41,894 bases of DNA from Candidatus Fervidifonticultor sextus (GTDB taxonomy: Bacteria; Sysuimicrobiota; Sysuimicrobiia; Sysuimicrobiales; Humicultoraceae). This document shows, one piece after another, positions 18,021-26,991 of the stretch. Under the pieces are notes generated by a model that was given only the letters and a program-made list of their open reading frames with translations, did no database searches and had not been told where the DNA came from. How positions within the stretch are numbered: position 1 is the first letter of the stretch; each line of letters starts with the position of its first letter. The DNA is taken from the NCBI GenBank assembly GCA_031459875.1, contig JAVKHQ010000023.1, positions 1-41,894 on the forward strand, written 5' to 3'. The position numbers and the translations under genes were made by a program.

Positions 18021-18955
18021 CGTGCACTCCGTCGGAGCCGTGGGTCCACGGCGACGTAGATGAGATCAACGGTCAGGTTGAGGAGGACGAACACCGCGCC
18101 GACCAGGAGCACGGCGCCCTGGACGACGGGATAGTCGCGGTCTTTGATGGCGTCCACGATCAACCGGCCGAGTCCCGGCCAGGCGAACACCGTCTCCGTC
18201 AGCACGGCGCCGGCCAGCATGTACCCGAACTGCAGCCCGACGACGGTGAGGATGGGCAGGATGCCGTTGGGCAGGATGTGGCGCACCATCACCCGACGCT
18301 CCGCCAATCCCTTGGCCCGTGCGACGCGGATGTAGTCCTGCCGGAACACCTCCAGCATGGAGGCGCGGGCAACACGGGAGATCAGGGCGACCGACGGCGC
18401 GCTGAGGGTCAACGCCGGCAGAATCAGCCGTTCCAGCCCGCCTTTGCCGGCCGAGGGCAGGAGACCCAGTTGCACGCTGACCGTCCACTGCAACAGCAGC
18501 CCAATCCAGAACACCGGCAGCGAGATCCCGGCCAGCGAGGCCAGCAGCCCGACGTGGTCCCACAGGGTGAACCGCCGGGCTGCGGCCAGCGTGCCCAGCG
18601 ACAGGCCGGCGGTGACGGCCATCATCAGGCTGACGGTGGCCAACTGCGCTGTGTTAAGCGCCTTGGGCAGGAGATCTTCTCCCACGCGCCGCTGGGTGAG
18701 GATGGAGCGGCCCAAATCCCCCGTGACGATGCGGCCCACGTACCGCGCATACTGGACCAGCACGGGCCGGTCGAGGCCCAGTGACTGGCGGAGCCGCTGT
18801 TCCAGCGTGGGATCGGCCACTTCCACCCCCAGGTACACCTGGATGGGATCCCCGGGCACCAGGCGCAGCATCAGAAAGACCAGCAGGCTCAAGCCGAGCA
18901 GGACCAGGATCGTGGCCGCCAGCCGTCGGGCGACGAACTCAACCACCCGGATCAC
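18017..18955 (-). CDS. ABC transporter permease (DppB/OppB type)
   Basis: LVPGDP, LGLDRP, GDLGRS, DYIRVARAKGL, TETVFAWPGLG. GTG start overlaps the binding-protein stop (GTGA). Confidence 0.93.
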   Translation of the reverse strand: MIRVVEFVARRLAATILVLLGLSLLVFLMLRLVPGDPIQVYLGVEVADPTLEQRLRQSLGLDRPVLVQYARYVGRIVTGDLGRSILTQRRVGEDLLPKALNTAQLATVSLMMAVTAGLSLGTLAAARRFTLWDHVGLLASLAGISLPVFWIGLLLQWTVSVQLGLLPSAGKGGLERLILPALTLSAPSVALISRVARASMLEVFRQDYIRVARAKGLAERRVMVRHILPNGILPILTVVGLQFGYMLAGAVLTETVFAWPGLGRLIVDAIKDRDYPVVQGAVLLVGAVFVLLNLTVDLIYVAVDPRLRRSAR

Positions 18956-20505
18956 CGCATCTTTCTGGCACCCGTAATCCCGACGATCTCGATGGGGTAG
19001 AACGTCAGCCCCCCGGTACTCGCACGCACCCCATAGATCTGCTTCAGCTCGTGCAGAAAGATCGCCGGCGCGTCGTGCATGATCATGGGGATGAGCCGGC
19101 CGTACATCGCCTTTCGCTTCGAGTCGTCCACCGTCGCGCGCGCCTCCATGATGAGCTGGTCCACCTGCTCGTTCCGGTAGTAGGCCCGGTTGTTCCCGGC
19201 CGGCGGCCACGCCGACGAATGGAAGTTCGTCGCCAGGACGAAGTCACTGTCGTTCGTGGCCGGACCAAATGCCCACAGCGCCAGGTCGTGCTCGGCCTGG
19301 TCCGGCGGCCTCCGCGTACTGCTCAAAAACGCAGCCCATTCCATAAGGTTCAGCCTCACCTGAACACCGACTCCGGCCAGCTGCCCTTGAACCGCCTCCA
19401 CCGTTTCGCGATCCATCAGGTAGCGCCCGCTGGTGGAGAACAGTCTGACCTCGAATCCGTTCGGATACCCCGCTTCCGCCAGCAGCGCTTTGGCCTTGCT
19501 GGGATTGTAGGAGTAGCACTCGCTCTTCGCATACCCGAAGGTGGCCCTGGCCACCACGGAACAGGGCACCTCGGCAAACCCGCGCAGGATGGCCCGGGCA
19601 ATGGCCTGCTTGTTGACCGCGTAGTTGAGCGCCTGCCGAATGCGCACGTCCCGAAGCGGTCCCCTCTGGGTATTGATCATCAGCCAGACCACCCGGTTGA
19701 ACGGATGGACCACGACCTGGAGGTCGGCACGCCGGCGCAGTCGGTCGACATCCTGGACCGGCAGATTGGCCACGATGTCCGCCTCCCCCGTCTCCAGCAT
19801 GACCGTGCGTGTGGTCCCGTCCGGCACGGCGCGGAAGATCGCCCGACGCAGGGTCGGCTGCTCCCCCCAGTACCGCGGGTGCGCCTCCAGAACGACGGCC
19901 TCTTTCGGGATCCAGGACACGAAGCGATAGGGGCCGGTGCCCACTGGCTGGCGCGCCACATCCACCCCTTCCCGCAACGCCCTGGGACTGATGAAGGCGA
20001 TCGAGTAGTGGGTCAGATTGTAGAGCAACGGTCCGAACGGTTCCCGAGTCTCCAGCACAACGGTATGGCTGCTCGCCGCGCGCACCCGGGACACGCCGCC
20101 CAGCAGCACCGCGGTGGGCAGGCGCAGGCCGGGATCAAGCATCCGCTCGAAGTTAACCCGGACCGCCTCGGCGTTGAACGGCGTCCCGTCGTGGAAGACC
20201 ACGTTCCGGCGCAACTCGAACGTCCAGGTCCGCCCGTCGGGCGACACCGCCCACTGCGTGGCCAGCCGGGGCTGGACGCCGCCCTTCTCGTCCAGCACCA
20301 CCAGACGCTCGTAGATCTTGTCGTTGACGTTGCCGGAGACCAGCTCCACAGTCCGGTGGGGATCAAACGACACGACATCGGCACCCTGGACGAACACCAG
20401 GGTATCGGCCGGGGTCTGCCCGGCGCCCGGCCCGACCAGTCCGCCCAAGACCAGGGCCGTCATCAGCCCCAGCGACACCGTCCAGCGACGGGTCCTCATC
20501 TCCAT
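18952..20505 (-). CDS. ABC transporter substrate-binding protein (family 5, GsiB/DppA-like)
   Basis: Signal peptide, WTFELRRNVVFHDGTPFNAEAV, PVGTGPY, RIRQALNYAVNK. Confidence 0.92.
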   Translation of the reverse strand: MEMRTRRWTVSLGLMTALVLGGLVGPGAGQTPADTLVFVQGADVVSFDPHRTVELVSGNVNDKIYERLVVLDEKGGVQPRLATQWAVSPDGRTWTFELRRNVVFHDGTPFNAEAVRVNFERMLDPGLRLPTAVLLGGVSRVRAASSHTVVLETREPFGPLLYNLTHYSIAFISPRALREGVDVARQPVGTGPYRFVSWIPKEAVVLEAHPRYWGEQPTLRRAIFRAVPDGTTRTVMLETGEADIVANLPVQDVDRLRRRADLQVVVHPFNRVVWLMINTQRGPLRDVRIRQALNYAVNKQAIARAILRGFAEVPCSVVARATFGYAKSECYSYNPSKAKALLAEAGYPNGFEVRLFSTSGRYLMDRETVEAVQGQLAGVGVQVRLNLMEWAAFLSSTRRPPDQAEHDLALWAFGPATNDSDFVLATNFHSSAWPPAGNNRAYYRNEQVDQLIMEARATVDDSKRKAMYGRLIPMIMHDAPAIFLHELKQIYGVRASTGGLTFYPIEIVGITGARKMR

Positions 20506-20544
20506 CCTCCTCGCTCGGCTATCCTCGCCTCACCCGCTCGGTCC

Positions 20545-20901
20545 CTATCCCTCACCCACGGTCAACCGGCGCCTGCGCGGGATGGGCGCGGAGAAGTCCA
20601 CCACCAGGTCGCGGATGAGCCTGTAGCCATCGATGGGTTCGATGGTCATCTCCTCACCCTCCGGCACCTTCTCCAGGCATGTCAGCCGCTGCTTGCCGTT
20701 CACCTTGGCGAAGCAGGTGTTGCACATCGTGTCCCGGCACAGGTAGCGCCGGTAGTTGAGGGTGGGGTCCACCTCATCGCAGAGGTGCTCCATCACGTCC
20801 AGGACCCGCAACTTCCCGGTCCGGTCGACCTCGTAGACCTGATAGCGAGGTGCCGCATCGACGCGGGGATCATACCTAAAGACGCGCACTCTGAGCTTCA
20901 A
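20545..20901 (-). CDS. Stand-alone 2Fe-2S protein equivalent to the N-terminal domain of SdhB/FrdB
   Basis: RVFRYDP, DPTLNYRRYLCRDTMCNTC...VNGKQRLTC, IRDLVVD. The protein ends before any 4Fe-4S/3Fe-4S domain. Confidence 0.85.
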   Translation of the reverse strand: MKLRVRVFRYDPRVDAAPRYQVYEVDRTGKLRVLDVMEHLCDEVDPTLNYRRYLCRDTMCNTCFAKVNGKQRLTCLEKVPEGEEMTIEPIDGYRLIRDLVVDFSAPIPRRRRLTVGEG

Positions 20902-22606
20902 TGGCTACCACCTCCGCGCGCAGGTACTTGAGGTCGACGGGCACCGTAGTCAGCGACGGCCCCTCCGGGGTACGCCGGGCGACGACGTTGCGCAACCAGT
21001 TGACGTTGTCGGCGGCGGGGTAGTCGGTGCGGTAGTGCGCCCCGCGGCTCTCGGTGCGCAGCAGGGCCGACTCCACGATCACCTCCGCCAGTTCCACCAT
21101 CGCCTCCGTCTCCAGCGCCCGCAGCAGCCCAAAGGTCGGCGAGGCCGCCTGGGGCGTCCGCATCTGCGTCGCCTGGTGGCGCAGTGTCCGGATCTCTTCC
21201 CGCGCGGCGGCAAGTCCCTCGCCGGATCGGATGATCCCCACATGGCGGTACATCAGCTCCCTCAGGCGCCGATTCACCCGCTCCACGGGCACGGCGTCAC
21301 CCACCAGCGCCAGGATGCGCCGCCGCGCGCGCGCCAGTTCCTGGTCATCGATGGGCACCTGCGGGCCGGGATGCAGGGCAGCATGCCGGCCCGCCACCCG
21401 GCCGAAGGCCATGCAGTCCGGCAGGGCGTTGCCCGCCAGGCGGTTGGCACCGTGCACCCCGCCCGTGCACTCCCCCGCCGCGTACAGCCCCGCCACGGTG
21501 GTCCGCCCGTCCACGTCGATGCGGATCCCTCCCAGGGTGTAGTGATAAGTGGGCGCGACCTCGAACCGGTCGGTCTTCACCCCGAAGCGATCCTTCCAGA
21601 GGTAGGTGCGGGGCCGTTCCTTCCGGATCACATCAAAGTTGGGGATGTCGCGGGTGTCGATCCACACCCCGCCGTGTTCCGTTCCCCGCCCCTCCGCGAT
21701 CTCCAGGAAGATGTGCCGTGACAGGATGTCGCGGGGAACGTTCTCCTTTTCCTCCGGATAGTACTTCTCCATGAACCGCTCCCCGGCCGCGTTGTACAGT
21801 TTCAGCCCCAACACCCACAGGGCGCTGCTGGTGACGATGATGCCGCGCAGCGACTCGGGGTGGACGAATGCGGTCGGAAAGAACTGGTGCATCTCCATAT
21901 CGACCAACTCGGCTCCGACGCGGTAGGCCATGGCGATTCCCTCCCCGGTCGCGCCGGCCTCCATGTCGGTGACGCTGTACATCATCCCCAGACCGCCCGT
22001 CGCCAGAATGACGTTGCGCGCCTCGATCGCCACCAGGGCACCGGACTTGTAGTCGATCCCGATGGCGCCGATCACCCGTCCGTCCGCCCGCACCAGATCG
22101 GCGATGAAAAGGTCCTCGATCACCTCAATGGTGCGTCGCGTGGACCGGCGGATCTCTCGGACAAGGGCCTGCTGCATCTTCTTGCCGGTCTCCTCGTTGT
22201 TGTGGAGCCCGCGGGGGTAGCGCAGCCCCGGCGAGGTCAACTGGAGGAACCGTCCGTCCTCGGTCTTCCACCACTCCATGCCGTAGCGTTCTAGATCGTA
22301 GACGCTCTTGATCGCCTCGTCCGCAAACCGCTTGGCGAGGTCCTGGTTGTTGAGGAAGCGGCCGTAGATCACCGTGTCCTCAAACTGCACCTGCGGGCTG
22401 TCCCGGGGATCGGCGTGGCCCACCGCGGCATCGTACACGACGCAGGCCAGGTTCGTGGTACCCGACTTCCCGAAGACGCCTTTGCTGGTCAGGATGACCC
22501 GGGCTCCGTACTCGGCGGCCTCGATGGCGGCGCGGCATCCGGCGGCTCCGGACCCGATCACCAGTACGTCGCACACTCGCCGCTGCGTGTCCCCGAGCAT
22601 GGTCAT
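20876..22606 (-). CDS. SdhA/FrdA/NadB-family FAD-dependent oxidoreductase, probably not succinate-specific
   Basis: GSGAAG, LATGG, HYTLGGI, GLYAAGEC.GGVHGANRLAGNAL, RTESRGAHYR. ATG 22606 follows GAGGAGG. Confidence 0.9.
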   Translation of the reverse strand: MTMLGDTQRRVCDVLVIGSGAAGCRAAIEAAEYGARVILTSKGVFGKSGTTNLACVVYDAAVGHADPRDSPQVQFEDTVIYGRFLNNQDLAKRFADEAIKSVYDLERYGMEWWKTEDGRFLQLTSPGLRYPRGLHNNEETGKKMQQALVREIRRSTRRTIEVIEDLFIADLVRADGRVIGAIGIDYKSGALVAIEARNVILATGGLGMMYSVTDMEAGATGEGIAMAYRVGAELVDMEMHQFFPTAFVHPESLRGIIVTSSALWVLGLKLYNAAGERFMEKYYPEEKENVPRDILSRHIFLEIAEGRGTEHGGVWIDTRDIPNFDVIRKERPRTYLWKDRFGVKTDRFEVAPTYHYTLGGIRIDVDGRTTVAGLYAAGECTGGVHGANRLAGNALPDCMAFGRVAGRHAALHPGPQVPIDDQELARARRRILALVGDAVPVERVNRRLRELMYRHVGIIRSGEGLAAAREEIRTLRHQATQMRTPQAASPTFGLLRALETEAMVELAEVIVESALLRTESRGAHYRTDYPAADNVNWLRNVVARRTPEGPSLTTVPVDLKYLRAEVVAIEAQSARL

Positions 22607-22801
22607 CCCGACCTCCTCAAGCCATCGAGGCGGTGCCCACAACGGCGCATCGCCGCAGGAACGGCACGATCCCGGGCCCGGCGACCGCCATCCTTAAGGC
22701 GACGAACCCCGACGGGGTCGAGAGCGCCCGGGCCGCCAGGCCAAAATGCCGCAGGCCCTCCCGTCAGTCCGCCGCTGAAGAACGTGCCGTTGATCCCGCC
22801 C

Positions 22802-24010
22802 CTAGCCGGCCAGCCCCACCGTCTCCATCACGACGAGCGCGTAGATCTTGCTGGCCGCCACCAACTGGTCGATCTCCAGAAACTCGTTCTCCTTGTGCGC
22901 GTTCCCACGCTCCAGGTCACCCGGGCCGAACCCCACTCCCGTCTTGCCCTTGCGAAAGATGGGGCCCAGGTCGCCGGTGGCGATCGTGCCGCCTACGGGC
23001 ACGTCGCGGCCCAGGACCTCGCGGCCGGCCCGCCGGACGGCCTGGAGGATCGGCGCGTCCTCGGCCACCTGGGCGGGGTCGTCGGCGAGGACGAGTTCCA
23101 GCGAGGCGTCGAACTGGGGGTCGGCGGCCCGCAGTTCGTCTACCAGGCGCTGGATCTCCTGAAAGACCCCCTGGGGGGTCTGGCCCGGGACCAGCCGCAT
23201 GTCCACGCCCACCTCGCACAGGTCGGCCACCATGTTGTACTTCCGCTCCGGGCCCGCGTGGATCCAGCCGAAGTTGCGGGTGAAGTCGCCCAACACCGGA
23301 TGCTTCTGGTAAGGGATGGCGCGCTGGTCCAGCGCCGAGACGAAGCGGGCGGCGCGCGTGATGGCGTTGATCCCGCGGTGCGGCATGCTGCCGTGGGCTG
23401 TCTGGCCGCGGACCGTGAGTTTGGTCCACAGGGCTCCCTTGAAGTAGGCCTTGATCTCCAGGTCGGAGTGCACGCAGTACAGGCACAGGTCCGGGTTGAG
23501 GATGTCGCGCCCGACGAGGTAGCGCATCCCGGCGGGCCCGAATACCTCCTCGTCCACAGTGCCGACGATCAAGACATCCCCCCGCAGCCGCAGCCCTGCC
23601 CGCTGGATGGCCTGAACCGCGACCACCGCCGAGGCGATCCCCCCGCCCTTGCTGTCCATGGAGCCGCGGCCGTAGATCTTGCCGTCGATCACCTCCCCGC
23701 CGTACGGATCGGTGATCCACTTGCTCAGGTCGCCGGGCGGCACGGTGTCCAGGTGCGCCGAGAGCATGAAGGTGGGGCCACCGCCGGTCCCCCGCCACCG
23801 GCCCACCGCATTGGGGCGACCGGGTTCCGCCTCATAGCCGCGGGCTTCGAACCCCAGTCCCTGGAGGTGCCCAATGAGGAACTCGCTGCACTCCCGTTCG
23901 TTGCCTGTCTCGCTGGGGATGCGGATGAGCGCCCGCGACAACTCGATCAGGTCGTCCTCGCGGATGTTCTCCAGCACCTGCTTCTTCGTCTTGTCTGAGA
24001 CCTCCAGCAT
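22802..24010 (-). CDS. M20 family metallo-amidohydrolase (ArgE/DapE-like)
   Basis: AHLDTVP, YGRGSMDSKGG, VDEE, GQTAHGS, NAHKENE. Confidence 0.9.
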   Translation of the reverse strand: MLEVSDKTKKQVLENIREDDLIELSRALIRIPSETGNERECSEFLIGHLQGLGFEARGYEAEPGRPNAVGRWRGTGGGPTFMLSAHLDTVPPGDLSKWITDPYGGEVIDGKIYGRGSMDSKGGGIASAVVAVQAIQRAGLRLRGDVLIVGTVDEEVFGPAGMRYLVGRDILNPDLCLYCVHSDLEIKAYFKGALWTKLTVRGQTAHGSMPHRGINAITRAARFVSALDQRAIPYQKHPVLGDFTRNFGWIHAGPERKYNMVADLCEVGVDMRLVPGQTPQGVFQEIQRLVDELRAADPQFDASLELVLADDPAQVAEDAPILQAVRRAGREVLGRDVPVGGTIATGDLGPIFRKGKTGVGFGPGDLERGNAHKENEFLEIDQLVAASKIYALVVMETVGLAG

Positions 24011-24055
24011 GAGTCCCTCCCTTCAGGCCGGTGCTCCTCGGGCACGGGCCGCGAG

Positions 24056-24880
24056 TCACCAGCGGATGTCCACGTGGCGCAGGGCGTCGGTGATCTCCTG
24101 CGCGGTCTGCAAGAGCTTTGGGATGAACAGCCGCCGCAGCGTGCTCATCGGTCCCCGCTGCACCGGCATGGCCAGGCTGATCCCAGCCACCACCTGATGG
24201 CCGCGCGACCAGATCGGGGCTGCGGCCGAACGCAGGGCCAGTTCCAGTTCCTGGTTGTTGATGGCGTAGCCAAGGCGTCGGACCTCTCCCAGCGCCTTCT
24301 TAAGTTCCTGTCGGGTGGTGATGGTGTACGGCGTGAACCGCCGGAACTCGATGCGGTCCAGCAGCGCATCCACTTCGGCTTCGTCGCGGAAAGCCAGGAT
24401 GACCTTGCCGATGGATGTGCAGTAGACGGGCAGGCGGCTGCCGACGGTGAGGGTGGTGCTCATCAGACGCTTGCGTTGGGCACGGGCTACGTAGACGATC
24501 TCCGTACCATCCAGGATCGCCATGCTGGCCGACTCATCCGTCTCCTGCGCCAGACGCTCCAGGTAGGGCAACGCGATCTCCGGCGCCCTCAGCCCGCGCA
24601 GGCTGGCGTGGCCCAGCGCCAGGATCCTCAGGCCGAGGATGTAGCCCCTGCCGTTGGCTCCCCGGACCAGGTAGCCGTGCCGCTCCAGCGCCGCCACAAA
24701 GCGATGGACGGTGCCCTTGGGCATGCCGACCCTCCGGGCAATGTCGGTGAGGGTCAACTCCGGCTGCTCGGGGGTGAAGCACGCCAGCACCTGGAGTCCG
24801 CGGAACAGCGTGCGCATCTCGTAGGCGTTGCGGGCGCCGGCCGCGGCGGCCGGTTCTCTGGAAACGAGGGCTGGTTTCAC
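24056..24880 (-). CDS. IclR family transcriptional regulator
   Basis: HTH LTLTDIARRVGMPKGTVHRF, GSRLPVYCTSIGK, GYAINNQELE..RSAAAP. Alternative start ATG 24817. Confidence 0.93.
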   Translation of the reverse strand: MKPALVSREPAAAAGARNAYEMRTLFRGLQVLACFTPEQPELTLTDIARRVGMPKGTVHRFVAALERHGYLVRGANGRGYILGLRILALGHASLRGLRAPEIALPYLERLAQETDESASMAILDGTEIVYVARAQRKRLMSTTLTVGSRLPVYCTSIGKVILAFRDEAEVDALLDRIEFRRFTPYTITTRQELKKALGEVRRLGYAINNQELELALRSAAAPIWSRGHQVVAGISLAMPVQRGPMSTLRRLFIPKLLQTAQEITDALRHVDIRW

Positions 24881-24892
24881 AGGATGAAACCA
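24872..24892. promoter_or_regulatory. Candidate IclR operator palindrome
   Basis: Perfect inverted repeat TGGTTTCA-CAGGA-TGAAACCA overlapping the iclR GTG start. Confidence 0.7.
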
Positions 24893-24899
24893 AATCTTG

Positions 24900-24929
24900 T
24901 TGACTGAAACTTTGCGGCAACTCTATCAT
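24900..24929 (+). promoter_or_regulatory. Sigma70 promoter for the coxG-like gene
   Basis: TTGACT-N18-TATCAT. Confidence 0.65.
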
Positions 24930-25010
24930 GAGGAGGCGCGCGCGGTCAAGGACCGCCGTTCGCCCCCGAGCCGGGCGGCGACTGGACGTCCCAGATCCTG
25001 AGGGGTGCCC

Positions 25011-25496
25011 ATGCGATTCGAACACAGCCTCCAGATCTCCGCCCCCCCGCAGGAGCTGTGGGAGTTTCTGTGGCAGGTGGAGCAGGTGGCCGCCTGCCTG
25101 CCGGGTTGCCGGGGTGTCCGGGTCATCGAGCCGCGTCGCACCTATGAGGCAGTGCTGACGGATCGCGTCGGACCCTTCCACGTCCAGTTTCCGGTGACCA
25201 TCCAGGTCGATCGGGCCCAGGCCCCCACGTCCATCCAGGCCACGGTGCGCGGCAAGGACACGCGCATCGGCAGCGTGTTGACCTCCACGCTGCACCTGAC
25301 CCTGTCGCCGGACGCGAACGGGACGGCGCTTGTGATCGCGGTTGAGACCGTGCTCAGTGGCCGGCTGGGGGCGCTGGGCTACAGCACCATCAAGCGACGC
25401 GCCGACGATGTGGTCAAGCAGTTCGCCGCAAACCTGGAGCGCGCGCTGGCCACGCAAGCCGAAAGGGCCTCGGCGAAGGGCCCAGAGGGCAGGTAA
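25011..25496 (+). CDS. CoxG/SRPBCC family protein
   Basis: MRFEHSLQISAPPQELWEFL...VAACLPGC, LSGRLGALG...QFAANL. SD GAGGGG. Confidence 0.85.
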   Translation: MRFEHSLQISAPPQELWEFLWQVEQVAACLPGCRGVRVIEPRRTYEAVLTDRVGPFHVQFPVTIQVDRAQAPTSIQATVRGKDTRIGSVLTSTLHLTLSPDANGTALVIAVETVLSGRLGALGYSTIKRRADDVVKQFAANLERALATQAERASAKGPEGR

Positions 25497-25500
25497 CCGG

Positions 25501-26991
25501 CTAGATCACCCCCGCCAGCAGCGCCGCCAGTTGCGCCTGGTGTTCCCGCCCCTCGAAGTTCAGCAGCGGGTCCGGCGGCAGCGCGTGCTCGCTGACGTGG
25601 CCCCGGTGCCGCAGGTAAACCGCAGGATGATGCTGGCCATCCCTGTCCACCTCCACGACGATACCCGCGGCGTCGGGACCGGGCTCGTCCACGAAGGCGG
25701 CCAGCGGCACGATGCCTTCATCGAGGATCCCCTGATCGCGGTCGAAGCTCACCACGCGGGCCAGGTAGGCCTTCTGGTTCAGCAGTTCCGGCGCGCGCGT
25801 GGCCTCCGAGAGCAGATAGGGCACCACCTCCTCGGGCCGCAGCCGCGGCCGCGGGACCTCGATGCCCAGCAACCGCGCCAGGCGCACGGCCAGCACCCGC
25901 GCGTTGTGCCGGAACCCTCCGACGGCAGCCGAGTTCCCGGCGCCGCCGTACTTGCGCAGGCCCACGGAGCCCTGGGTGATCGTGCCGGCGAAGTAGATCC
26001 CCGGCACCGAGGTGCTCTCCCAGTAGTCGTTCATCCGCGGCAGGCGCCCCTGGTTGAACGTCGCCACCCCCAGGGATGGGAGATCGCCCAGTGGCACCGT
26101 AAAGCCGGTGGCCACGAAGACCTCGTCCACCTCGAAACTCCGGGTTCCACCCTCCATGCCCGAGGTCACCACGCGCCAGGTCGCTCCACTGCGCTCGACG
26201 CGGTCGATGGCGGCGTCGAGGACGAAGACGCCGCCGCCGATGACGTGATCCTCATAGGGGACCAGGTACTTGGCCCGGACGCCGGCGCCCGAACTCAACA
26301 CCGACAGCAGCGGCGGCCGCGGGGAACCCAGGATGATCTGCCTGGCCCACGGCAGCAGCGCGTCGGCGATCTCGAAGCCGGAGTTGCGCTTGCCGATGAT
26401 GAACACGCGCCGGCCCGCATACGTCCGGGCCGGCCCGATCTCCACGTAGTGGGGCGCCGCCTCGATCCCGGGGATCTGCGGCGGCTTCCACGGCTCCGCC
26501 ATGCCCACCGCGAAGACCGCATAGCGGCATCGATATTCGCCGTCGGACGTGGCGAGCACGAACGCATCGCCCTCGCGCCGCGTGGCCTCCCACCGGCAGG
26601 TGTACCGCACCACGACCCCGGCCCGCTCGGCGAACGCCGCCAGGCCGCGCGCCATCTCCTCCCGCGAGGGGAAGTACGACGTGCCGTCCATGGCCGCCGA
26701 GACCAGCGAGCGATGCTCGGGCACGTCGCCCACCAGGCTGTTCCAGTCGTACCACTCGTAGGGCCGGGTGCCCCGCTCGGCCGGCGCATAGGGCTTCGAC
26801 CAGGTGTTCAGCCGCTGGAAGAGCGGGTAGCGCAGGAACATCCCGCCCGGCCCGGCGTCGGCGGAGAGCGTGGCGTGGGGCACCCCCAGGCGCTGGAGGA
26901 AGTAGGAAATCTGCAGGCCGCCGGGACCGCTGCCCACGACGACCACCGGATAGCGGCCGGGCGGGTGGGGCCGGCCGTTCAACTGCGCCAC
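25501..26991 (-). CDS. FAD/NAD(P)-dependent oxidoreductase (FMO/FOXRED2-like)
   Basis: VVVVGSGPGGLQISYFL, YDWNSL, IIGKRNSGFEIA, ATGF, GIYFAGT. GTG start overlaps the end of the cNMP gene. Confidence 0.85.
   Translation of the reverse strand: MAQLNGRPHPPGRYPVVVVGSGPGGLQISYFLQRLGVPHATLSADAGPGGMFLRYPLFQRLNTWSKPYAPAERGTRPYEWYDWNSLVGDVPEHRSLVSAAMDGTSYFPSREEMARGLAAFAERAGVVVRYTCRWEATRREGDAFVLATSDGEYRCRYAVFAVGMAEPWKPPQIPGIEAAPHYVEIGPARTYAGRRVFIIGKRNSGFEIADALLPWARQIILGSPRPPLLSVLSSGAGVRAKYLVPYEDHVIGGGVFVLDAAIDRVERSGATWRVVTSGMEGGTRSFEVDEVFVATGFTVPLGDLPSLGVATFNQGRLPRMNDYWESTSVPGIYFAGTITQGSVGLRKYGGAGNSAAVGGFRHNARVLAVRLARLLGIEVPRPRLRPEEVVPYLLSEATRAPELLNQKAYLARVVSFDRDQGILDEGIVPLAAFVDEPGPDAAGIVVEVDRDGQHHPAVYLRHRGHVSEHALPPDPLLNFEGREHQAQLAALLAGVI

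Noticed and set aside
20545..22606. Succinate dehydrogenase/fumarate reductase sdhAB
   Set aside because: Covalent-FAD His and HPT/TE motifs are absent, the Fe-S protein lacks the C-terminal cluster domain, and there is no membrane anchor.
22671..22770. Moco riboswitch (CCTTAAG...CCTCCCG resemblance)
   Set aside because: The resemblance is on the strand opposite to the operon and the other conserved Moco motifs are not visible.
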